64,000 nt of DNA from Camelus dromedarius (Eukaryota). The DNA lies in the NCBI RefSeq assembly GCF_036321535.1, contig NC_087436.1, positions 27,468,001 through 27,532,000 of the forward strand. Reading direction: 5' to 3'. Position numbers and translations under genes: made by a program. Shown here one piece after another: positions 53,246-64,000 of this stretch; within the stretch, counting starts at the first letter, position 1, and each line of letters starts with the position of its first letter. A model generated the notes under the pieces. That model did not search any database. It worked only from the letters and a program-made list of their open reading frames with translations, and had not been told where the DNA came from.

Positions 53246-54533
53246 TCCCTCCTGGGAAAATAAATACATAGCATTACTCACACTTTATAAACTATATGGT
53301 ATATACCACAATGAGGCGGCCTCAGACCTTGGAAGACATCATACTGTGTCCCAAGGGTTCACGGCAGAAGCCAACGTCACTACTCAGTATGGCAGGGCCT
53401 GCGTCTCCTTGGAAGGCTAGAGAGTTGCTCCTGGGCATGTGCAGTTCATTGCCTCATTCTGGCCTTGGTAAGTCCCCTCCTCCCCCCCCCCACCCAGCCA
53501 GGCCCCTGGAGAGAGGCGCCATAGCACTGTGACTCCAAGCTGGGAGAAGGGGTCGAGGAGGATGAGGGTTTGGCTCGATATGAGGCAACAGGCTGGATTC
53601 CTTAGGGTGAATCTGAGATGAAGGGCCTCGAGCACCTGGGTACCCAGGTGGTTCTCATCCCAGGACTACCCTGTCAGCCCCTACAGAGCTCTTGAGAAAT
53701 GAGAGATCTGGCTTCCTCTTGGGAGAGTAGTGGCAGTAGCCGCAGAACTTCATTGGATTTGCTAACCTCTTGAGCTACCCCGGACACTCAGGGCGTTCCA
53801 GTCCATCCTCCTCTGTCCCTCCCTCAAGACCCGCACTTACTACCCTCACACCCCTGAAGCCACAAACTGCACCTTGTGGGATCCAAGGTGTTTGCCTTCC
53901 TGGAAAACACCACACTCTGCCCACCCCAGACCAGGCCTGGCCCTGGTCCACAGGTGTCTCCAAAAAAAACGTGGTCGCCCCACAACCCCATTAGCTCACA
54001 TCCTGTAACTCCCTTTACAGAAATATCTCATGATGCTTTCAATCTGTGTTTCATTGCTACAGCAACATAATAAACAACTGTTATTGACTACAGTTGTGTT
54101 CTTATTGATCTTCAGCCCTGGGCTTCTTCAAGTCGGTAACTAACTGAGGATGAGGTCTCTGAGAACGTAACAGATGGATGTCCTGGTAAAGTGGTGCTAC
54201 ACATACAGGAGGAAAAAAGATTCAAGTCTGGTCAGCAGAAAACTAACACTTCATACCCATGTCCCAGACCTAAGCCAGTTTACCTAGAAGGATACACTCA
54301 CATAGAGCTGGGTCTCTGAAATAGAGGCCTAGATGGAACCACAACTGCTTATATTACATTTTCCTAGACCAACTGTGGCTATTGACCTGGGTGTCTGTTC
54401 AATGGGGGGGGGGGGGAACTATTGGGTTACACCCCACAGGCCTGCAAGACTTATAATTGCCCAGCTTGGAGACCAAAGAAAGAGCCCGGAGACAGCGAGA
54501 GACATCAGTGGTTTACTGGATAAGGGGCCTTAC

Positions 54534-54604
54534 ATGTCCAGAACAGAAGGACTCGGAGCGACTCCCCACTGTGTATCCCCGGCAGCTCCTTAGCAGTCTT
54601 CCCT
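54534..54604 (-). other. Candidate first exon
   Basis: Begins ~29 nt downstream of TATAAA; ends TTCTGGACAT|gtaagg. Confidence 0.45.
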
Positions 54605-54830
54605 GCTGCAGAAGAGGGAGGCTAGCATTTATAGGGGGAGCTGATGTCAGAACGTCCCATCAGTTACCAGGGAAACCAGCGGCTGGGGCAGGGGGCAAGC
54701 ATGTAGGCACTTACTGATTAAGCCCTATAATTAAGAGAATTGGCTAGTGGTGTGAGTGAAGCAGGGCCTAGTTGGGGAGGGAATGAACAGAGAGCGAGGG
54801 AACAGCCATCTTGACTGGCCTGACCTCATG
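54605..54830 (-). promoter_or_regulatory. Candidate TATA-box promoter
   Basis: TATAAAT at 54633-54627 (minus), TGACATCA at 54649-54642, homeodomain-like GATTAA/TAATTA at 54716-54733, YY1-like CAAGATGGC at 54813-54805, in a locally GC- and CpG-richer region with no repeat I recognise. Confidence 0.45.
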
Positions 54831-56569
54831 GTGTTGTCATTACTACACCGCGCACATTCTGTCATGGAAAATGCAATGATTTTTTTCCCCCCTTGAGAGA
54901 AAGATATCTCATGCAAAAGTATTCCAAGCCCTGAAAGCCCCAGGGCTTTTGCCAGAAGATCTTATCCATTGCCATAATTTCTCATTTAACATCATCTCTG
55001 GTGAAGGGATAGATTGACAAAGAGAGCCCCGGCAAGGAGTCACACCCACAGAATATTTTTACTGTGTGCTGTGTAATCCAGAAGCAGCTGGTTTGACAGA
55101 ATTATGTTATCACCCACAGAATGCTCAGTTTTAATGCCAGCTGGCAGACAACTGCCTACAGGAACGGAGTGCTTTCCTAAATAATTCAGGTTATAACAGA
55201 AAGTAGCTGCCTCTTCCATAGCCAGAAACATAGATTCACAAACCAGGAGATGTGGGGTAGGAATGGCCCTTTTTAACCACTATCAAATAACCCACCAGAC
55301 TCCATGGGTTTCAAGGTTCTATCATATAAGGAAAAATTGCTTTCACCAGGGAATATGGCAATGGTCTCACTCACCTGGAAGCTGAGACAACACCCTGGTC
55401 ATTAGAGGATCCTCGTGCTACCGAAGCAATATGTAAAAGAGGATTGTCAAATTAGGTGGCAGCTGGTTGGTCCTAATTTCTAAGCAGAAAATGAGCTTCT
55501 TTGCCCTATACTTGGCACCAAGATGACCATGACTGGAACTCAGAGGATTCACTAGGGAACCTCTTACAGCCTTTTGATCAGTAGTCTTTTCAGTGGAAAT
55601 GTACTGAGACTACATGAAGACAACGCTAACAAGGACTCACATCTTAAAGTACTTTGAGTCATTTAGCCAGATAAAGAACCAGGTCCATCTAGGTGCTGGC
55701 AGAAGGTAAAGGAAATGGAACATGTGGTAGAAAAAAAAAGCTATGCATATCCATGTAAGCTTGGATATATGGTTGAATATTATTTTTGGTTTCCATTGAG
55801 AATGCAACTCAGTTGCCAACACCCTCTGGGATATGGTGGCTAATGAGAGATTTTTTTTTTTTTTTTGTATCCTCTGTGTGAAGGATTCAAAATTTTCACC
55901 CAAAGAATGTGTTATGTCAGACAAAACTCCAGGACTGAAAAGGAGCTCTTCTGTTTGCCAGGCTAGAGTCATTCTCTGCTTTCTGTACCCTATTCTGTTA
56001 CTGAGAAGTTGACCGTTATTGGCCCCATCACTTGATTTCCTTACTTCTCAATGCATGACTTAGTTTCAAGAAAAAGATATGCTGACAGGAGATCCACGGA
56101 ATAAAGAGAGAGGTATTTGGTTCTCTAATCCTATCGTGTCAGATCTCTTTGATTTGGTCGTGTCCATCAAAGAGGGAGTTTTTGCTTGGTAGCTCTCCCC
56201 ATGTCTCTCTCTCCCTCAACCCCTCCCTCTTTCTCATTCTATTTCTTTTCTCTCTTATTCCTTTAAGTATTAGTGCTAGAAATAACTGTTGTTACTATAG
56301 CTTGGTACTTCATTAGCCTTTACCTCTTTTTCGTTTTTATCATTATGCCTTTTTTTTTTTTAAACTCTGTTCCATCCACACCTTTGTAAATCCTTTAGTT
56401 ACCCTCAGATTATTTTGTTTCTTTCCTTTCCTCCAAACCATTTTGAAATTTCTGAGATTTTCAAGTGTGGTTTAAAATTCTTTGTTCCAGTTCCTCATTT
56501 TATTTTACATTAGAGACTACCAGTTCTGTTTCAAGAATATTCACATTTATATACAACTTTGCATTTGCT

Positions 56570-56700
56570 ATTCAAGAAATAGTTACTGAGCATCTATGCC
56601 TGGCAAGAAACTGCTCTAGGCATTACAAATTACAAATATAATAATAAACAAAACATACAAAGATTATACTCCTAACAGGCTTATACTCTAGCAGTGAGAA
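56570..56700 (-). mobile_element. L2 3'-end fragment
   Basis: attcaagaaatagttactgagcatcta...actgctctaggca...gcttatactctag. Confidence 0.7.
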
Positions 56701-56793
56701 ATATACTTACAAACACATAATCAAATATAACACTTAATCTCACTAATTTTTAAAATCTATTTTGGTTTAACCCTATATTTAAAAACGTATTTA

Positions 56794-57047
56794 TCATGCC
56801 ATTATACATTTTTCCAAACCCATAAAATGTACAACACAAAGAGTGAACCCTAATGTAGACTATGGACTTCAGTTAATAATGTATCAATATTGGCTCATCA
56901 ACTTTAGCAAATACATCACACTAATGTAAGATGCTAATACCAGAGGAAACTGGGGAGGAAGAAGGGGGAGCATATGGGTACTCTATACTTTCCTCACATT
57001 TTAACACTCAAAACTACTCTACAAAATAAAGTCTATTAATTAAAAAA
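56794..57047 (+). mobile_element. L1MC-type 3' end
   Basis: gtacaacacaaagagtgaaccctaatgtagactatggactt...aataaagtctatt. Confidence 0.88.
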
Positions 57048-58659
57048 TGTATTGGAACTATGCTTTTTTATAATAATACTGTGCATACTCAGGCATCATC
57101 TTAATAAAATTTCAAAAACATATTTGAAGCACTCTATTATTCCTTATAGTTTATTGTATGTTCAAAATATTTCATACTACAAACTTAAGAACCTTGGTCC
57201 CTGATAACACATTTGACGCCCTTTTTAATCTATTTCAATGATATTCTCGAAAGATCAACAAAGATTATTATAAATTGTAGTCACATAGATATATAACACA
57301 TATACATGTTACTCATGAACATGTAGATAATGTATATGCATTACTAATTACATATATTTCTAACAAAAATAATACAGAAACACATATATGTATAGTGCTT
57401 TGGAATAGTTTATGCATTTATATAAATAGCACCCCATTGTATATATTCTTCCTTTTACCAATATTAACTTTGTGTAATTCATATGTGAAAATGCACAATA
57501 GCTATGAATACCACCTGATGGCCAGTGGCATACTGCTAAATATTTAAGAATGAGCTTTCCAGACAGACAGATGATTGAGACAGACAAAGGCTATTAAAGA
57601 TGAGTAGCATGACTTACAAACAATAGTAAAATATGAAATATACCTTATTAAATATTCCAAATAGCTAACTGATTTTATAGAATGCTGCTGTTGATTTTGG
57701 CCCAACTCTCACATCCAGACAAATTAAGCTGCATCTAATGAGCTAGTGTAGTGTTGACATAAAAGTTGATATTTTCTTTACATTTACAGGTAAGAGAAAG
57801 TGAAATAATAAAGTATATGTTGGAACTTCTGTAGTTTGTTGCCCATGTGTGTGATTTCTTTACTGAAAAACATTATAGTCTTCAACTATTGGAAAGATAA
57901 CCCCTCAAAATTTGTTGTGCCATTCACAGTGTAATGGTCACAGGCATGACAAAGTTTTAAGTTGAATCTATTATCTTGTTGCTGTTGTTTTTTGCTTTTG
58001 GACCTGTATTATTATTAATACTTTATTCATACCTGACTTGAAGCATTTTCCAATTTCCGGTTACCAAACTAATTTTAGCAGTACCATGCTGGGAAAGCCA
58101 TGGAGAACACAGAATCCAATGCTGGCTCAGATGTGGCCAGAGAGAGAAAAGTACAAGAACCTCTCAGAAAATGGAACTCGTTATGGCCAGATGAGCCCAA
58201 CCAAGAAAGTCTGGACAAGAAAGTCTCTGCTATTCCCTAAGAACTGGAATTTGCTATTGACTAGTGACTGTGACATGTTTTGCTCTCCCCATTTCTAAAC
58301 GGAGATTTACTGTGGCAAGTAATACACCACTGTATGTGTGATACACTTCAAGGAGCTAAACCAAAGAAGTTCACCTGTGACCCTAAGATCCTGAACTTTG
58401 ACCTGGATGCTGCAAATGAAGGAAGTTCTTACTGTTTCATACAGGGAGTGTGAGGTTTTACATTCCTTAAAAAAGATGAGATGGTTATGCAGAAATACTT
58501 GGGAGGGAATAGATTGGACTATGTAAAAAGCTCTTAATTGTAACCCAATGAACACATTCCATTTTTCTTTGGTAATTAAGCCCTAAAATGTTTTGTAGGG
58601 CAAATGTTCATCCAGGAGGGAAATATATATATATATATATATCTTTATTATATATATAA

Positions 58660-58872
58660 CATTTCTCAGCTTCTCTTGCAACTAGAGGTGGCCATGTGCA
58701 CAACATGACTGAATTCTGTCCAATGAGATGTGGGATAACTTCTGACAGGTGTAACACCTGTAATTTGTTCCCCGGGGAAGAGATGAGCCTTCCTCCCTCT
58801 CTCCCACTCTGCTGTTTGGAATGGTTTAAGGATGGAAGCATCATAGGCTGTGTGGATGAGGGCAACACCCCA
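58660..58872 (+). mobile_element. Old MaLR LTR fragment (MLT1I/J-like)
   Basis: catttctcagcttctcttgcaactagaggtggccatgtg...ttctgtccaatgagatgtg. Confidence 0.7.
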
Positions 58873-59674
58873 TGGTTGGTTTCCCTTTTAAGCACTTAGG
58901 GAGAAGCTGCCTAATGGGAGGAGGCTGCTTCCACAGTGTATTTTCCAGCAGTCCTGCCACCTTATTTCAGGAACAGTGACAGTGAATGCCTGAGGGCAGC
59001 TGGTCATTAAATGCGATCTTCAACTTGTCATCCAAGCACCGATTTTGTTCTACACTGATATTACCTGGGGGAACCAGGTGGCTTGTCAAAGGGAACATGG
59101 GGAGAGGCAAGAGAAACATATTAAAGTTTTCCTCCAATCTAGTGTGTTACATATACCTCTGAAATCTCTTATCTGTGTTATAGCAACTCAATTCGTACAA
59201 ATACACTAATTCAAAACACTAACATCCCCAGAGATTTTTCATGTTTTTGGATGCTGCTGGAGTTCCTGGAATTCATGTTTATTTTCCCTCTCGCTTCTAG
59301 ATTCTTTTCAGTATTGATTTCGCAGATGCCAGCAGCCTGCTGGAACCCGGCACTCTGTTCACAGCAACCAGAATATACAGGTGCATGTATTTTCTCTCAA
59401 ACAAATCATGGAATTTGCTTAAGAATTCAAAGGAAGCAGAAGAGTCTGCCATGTTTATGTTTCAACCTGAGATTACTTTGATGATAAGCTTTTGAGAGAT
59501 ATTTCAAATACTGAAATGATCTAACTTGGACAGTTGCCTAGTTATCCATTTGGTCAACTAATCCTAATTGCTATGAGTCTACTTAGGCCTGCAAGTATTT
59601 TAAATCTATACGAAAAACAGGACTTTAGATAATGTACCATTGAGTTATAAAAACCAACAAATATTAAGACATTT

Positions 59675-59990
59675 AATGATACAAATGAACTTATTTAAAA
59701 ACCAGAAATAGACTCACAGACACAGAAAATAAACTATAGTTACCTAAGGGGTTGGGGGGGGGAGAAAAATTAGGAGCTTGGAATTAACATATACACATTA
59801 CTATATATAAAATAGATAAACAACAAGGACCTACTGTATAGCACAAGGAACTACATTCAATATCTTGTAATAACCTACAATGGAAAGGAATCTGAAAAAG
59901 AATATATGTGTATAACTGAATCACTTTGCTGTACACCTGAAACTAACACAACATTGTAAATCAACTATAGTTTAATAAAAATTTAAAAAA
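59675..59990 (+). mobile_element. Short 5'-truncated L1 (artiodactyl-type 3'UTR) with TSD
   Basis: Ends gctgtacacctgaaactaacacaacattgtaaatcaactata; atattaagac at 59661-59670 and 59992-60001. Confidence 0.92.
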
Positions 59991-62411
59991 TATATTAAGA
60001 CGTGTAATAAAGGCTCTTTCATATAGTATCTCCTGAGTTTTGTTATGGTGAGTTGAAAAACTCTAAGTGCTAGAGTATTCCTGGTTAGTGCTGTGTGGCT
60101 TGTAAAAGACTAGTCACCTCAAATATTAACGTTTGCTAGAAGTTATTTAGACTTTATGAAAACTGGAATAATTGATTTCATTTATTCAGTTTTATTTAAT
60201 ACAACTAAAAGCTTATTTCTAATATTAAAAGGTAATTTAAAATCAGTTCTTAGTTATAAACAGTTGTCCAAATTTTACATGGTGCTATTTTTCCATTTTA
60301 TAAATCCAAAAAATAGTTTATTACTTCCAATTTATTATGGTGTCCTATAGGCCCAGAAAGCAAGTCTCCCCACCTATGTTAAATATGATCTTTAATTAAA
60401 CGTCTCTAAGTGTTTCTGATGCCTTTGGATTTACTGCACTTGCTCTACGAGCAAGTACACAGAATAAGTATTTCTTCTAATACGTGTGAAAGCTAATAAG
60501 AGTTTTTCTATCATGAGTTTAGGAGAGAAATAAAAACTCAATCACCTTGTGAATGAATTTTAAACTTGGCAGTCAGCGAGTTTTTGAACATTATTGGGTC
60601 AGGATATTTTATTATAAGTCCCTGCACTTATGTACATGCATAAAACAATTTATTATTACCCTTTCCATCTGAAGAAGTTTTACTGACTGGGAGTTAATTT
60701 ACTATACAGAGTATGATTTGGTAGGGCCTGAACCTTTTGTTCATGAGTTAGTTAACAATATAGTTTTAGTTATTGTTCCTTTTAGTTTCACACTCATGTT
60801 TAATTTTCACTGAGATGAATAATTAAGTAAGTAAACTATTCGGCTGCTAGAATTACGAAAGAAAAAAAATACTGTAAGTCAGTTTGTATTTATAATCACT
60901 CTAGCAGTCAAGTATTGTATATATATATTAAAAAAAAAAGAGTCCTGAATAAATAAAAGTACATGAATAAATGAGTGTGTTTCAACATGGTTAAAGAGTA
61001 GAGGGAATAACTTTTCAATTTCAGGATACTGAAAATAATGAAGAGGAAGTGGAATAGAGTTCCATTTTTTTAGTTGCAACTTTTAATTCTCATCACTAGT
61101 GTCGGTTTTCTTCCTGTGCTCAGCATCAATGGTGTCTTAACAGTTGACAAATCTTGCATCTGGCAGGCACAATTTTAAAGAAACTCTAAAATCATCAACT
61201 TAATTTCTCATAAAATGTGATTATTCTAATAAAGACATCTTAATGACCTTTTAATAGAGAAACGAGTTAGTTAAATCCCACTGAATTTTGCTGCTTTTCT
61301 ATACAACCACGGAGTTCACTCTTTCATCTGTTAAACATGAGGGCTGACCATGCAAGATGCTGGGAAATACCATGTAGTTGAAGGTGAATTAAAAAAAAAA
61401 AAGTTCGATGTGCTTGAAGTATATCTAAAAGCACCCTTCATTCCAGGTGAAAGGACTCCTAGAACATCATATCCCAGTCTCTAGCTCCCTTAAAGGTTTT
61501 TTTGGTGCATTTAGTCATTTTATAATTTTCTTATTTATCTCATGTTCAGTTTATTATTTTCTCCTTGTTTCCAAATCTACACAAACTTACATTTCAATTT
61601 TGTAAGTGATAAACATTACATTTCTTTCAATCTCATAACACTGCTATTCTTTCTCCACCTGCCTATCCCCCCTCCATAATCTATGAGTTTTCTGTTTTTG
61701 TTGTTAATGCTCCAGATACACTTATTTTTTACACTCAAGCTAAGTGTAAGCGAAAACTTATGGTTAGGAACTAGCCAAAACTTACTGCAATTTTTTGGCA
61801 ACTACTAGGCTTATAGTTAAGTTTAGGTTCAGAAAATTCCTTGTTAAGGATACTTGACCAAAGAAAGAAGCCATATGCCAGCTTTAAGCAAAGACACAAA
61901 TCTGAATTCCTAGAGGCAATAATTATTACTTTGAACACTACCAATTTCTTGTGCCTTCAAGATGGATGTATTCGTTTTTCCCAAAAGTATTCCATTCTTT
62001 GTTAGTTTCGTTGTGTAGAAAAAAACCAAAACTTTACTGAATGCCTCTAATTTTGCTTAGTTTTATTTATGCAAAACCTAACTTAATTGACTCTATACAA
62101 GAAATTTGTGGTGCACCCCCATTTAAACAGATGAAGTAACTGACACACAGAGTAGTAAATTGATGGTTTCTCTAGCTAGAAAAGAGCTGAACAGAGGATC
62201 AGAGCCCTTGCAGTGGTCGAGTGATTCAGTGGGAACTACAACTGCTCATGTGCCTTCTGGGCATCAAGAAATGTGATAGCTGATTTGATACACAGTGCAG
62301 TCAACTGGAAATTCCAGAGAGATTGAGTTCAATTAAAACTCTGGTAAACATGCTAAATTTATTCACAAATAGAAAAATTTGTCTCAAGAAAGTAAAACAG
62401 TAGTATTTGCA

Positions 62412-62700
62412 TGCAGCATAGTGTAATTGTTAAAAATATAAATGTTCCAGTCAAGGTGCCTGAATCCCAACTTTGCCTCTGCTTCTAATTAATTATGTGA
62501 TTTCTATTTAATTTACCTCTCCAAAAATCAGTCCTTTTATCTGTATAATTATAAATATATAAATATTAGATATTCATAATTATATAAATTATAAACAAAT
62601 ACTGTATTTATATCAAAAGTTTATTTAAAGAACTAAATAAAAAAGCATATAACATAGAATCTATTACAAGGAACATGTTCAATAAATAATACTAGTTGTT
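62412..62700 (+). mobile_element. MIR
   Basis: gcagcatagtgtaattgttaa...ccagtcaaggtgcctgaatcccaactttgcc...ttatctgtataa...ttcaataaata. Confidence 0.65.
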
Positions 62701-63169
62701 GATTTCCTTTATGTGAACTATATTGTAATGAAGTAAATACCTTTTTTCCTAATTTTGTGAAATTAAGTCAAAGAATGAAATATTAAAAATATGCAATTCT
62801 ATCAATGTGTAAAAATACACTTGAGATTATAGGCTTCTAAATTTTCCTTCAATAAATACATGATTTATAGAAGTTAGTTCAAAAGGATTTAACGGATACC
62901 TACTTTGCTCCAGGCAATAAAGTAAAGTAAGAGCATGAGATGAGTACGTGCCATCCTGACCCTGTATGTAGTACTAGACTTGTGTGGGAATCAGAAACAT
63001 CTGCAAATTGCTACACACTATCTTAATAAAAAGATCGGCAGAGCATGAAAAAGAAGCAGAAGAGGGAGAAGCTATTGACAGTTGTGTGTGTGTGTGATTT
63101 GGGGGACATCTGACTCCAAAGAAATAGCACAAAGAAAGATGGGGGTGGGGTATGTATTGACAGACTTGT

Positions 63170-63570
63170 TTAAGGAACCCACAAACACAAAAAGAGGCTT
63201 AGGTAACTGACAAGTCCATGGGTCTTAGTCCAGACCACCCACTTCTGAGCTTAGCTTTTCTCTGCATGGCTTCATTCTCAGGTAGGCTTGCTCCATAAGA
63301 TGTGCAAAAATTGTACTAGAAAATTCAGGCTTATATGCCTCAAATTCAAGAAGAGAGAACTATTTATTTTATGATCATTCTTGAATCATCTCTAGATCTA
63401 TTCAGATCACATGCATATTCCTGGACTAATCAATGTGAGATGTAGGGTAAGCTGGTAGATTTTCCTAGCTTAAATGAGAACCTCAGACTTAATTCTGTTG
63501 CGTGGCCCACCCAACTACTTGGACTTAGTGAGGGAAGACAAGTGGTCCTCTAAACACAACTGATGATACT
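63170..63570 (-). mobile_element. Old MaLR LTR fragment (MLT1J/K-like)
   Basis: ggcttcattctcaggtaggct...gatcacatgcatattcctggactaatcaatgtg. Confidence 0.55.
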
Positions 63571-64000
63571 GTCAGAAGTTTAAATCTATGCTTGTCTAAA
63601 AACAAAGTAAAACAATACAAAGTCCAGGAGTTTGCTGAAGTCAGGGAAAGGCATCACTCTTGCATATGCCTGATGGACGAATTTAAAAAGGACTAGAACA
63701 GAGGGTGTTACAAATCTTGAAGTAATAGATGCCAGGGACCTGAGCTCAGACACAATAATGAAGAAGAGAAAAGTTTTAATCTTTACTGTTAAGGTCAGTG
63801 AATGGATAAAGTTATTTGCTGAATAAGAAGATGCAATCAAGAACAGTTCCCACACTTCAAGATGGGCCTGATCTGGAGTAAGGAATACAGAGATGGAGCA
63901 GTTGTAGGGAATGAGAGCTTGCTATATCCAAGAAATTATACTAAGTACTTTGTTCCATAAACTATTTCTGTTTAACCTTCATGAAAACAATAATGAAACA

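Noticed and set aside
51254..55972. Short ORFs such as 51367-51729, 51838-52191 and those at 53.3-54.9 kb
   Set aside because: No recognisable domains, several non-ATG starts or repeat overlap; lengths compatible with chance
58744..58760. Palindrome acaggtgt-a-acacctgt
   Set aside because: Short, inside an old LTR, expected by chance or local repair
1..64000. CRISPR arrays, tRNA/rRNA/snRNA genes, prokaryotic systems
   Set aside because: Mammalian DNA; no repeat-spacer array or recognisable structural RNA seen. A miRNA or snoRNA cannot be excluded without an Rfam search

Overview
AT-rich mammalian genomic DNA, mostly intronic or intergenic and roughly half interspersed repeats (L1, L2, MIR, MaLR/ERVL/ERV1 LTRs, Tigger/Charlie DNA transposons). 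The L1 3' ends resemble cetartiodactyl, probably camelid, L1 families; this is from memory, not a search. Nearly all long ORFs in the supplied track are decayed L1 ORF1/ORF2 pieces or their antisense. I recognise no named protein-coding gene, RNA gene or CRISPR array. Main observations: (1) a 9.9-kb compound L1 insertion (near full-length L1, a second 5'-truncated L1, and a non-L1 polyadenylated tail) bracketed by a ~170-bp diverged direct repeat that starts at an L1 endonuclease site; (2) a 72-bp inverted copy of the L1 RT region inside the same element; (3) a twin-primed L1 with a tiny direct-inverted-direct triplication at its 5' junction; (4) an orphan L1 5' tip; (5) a candidate TATA promoter and first exon on the minus strand near 54.6 kb, followed by widely spaced candidate small exons (138, 16, 24, 43 nt) that can be joined without stop codons. 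Repeat family names are pattern recognition and boundaries of old repeats are approximate. The exon calls rest on splice motifs only.
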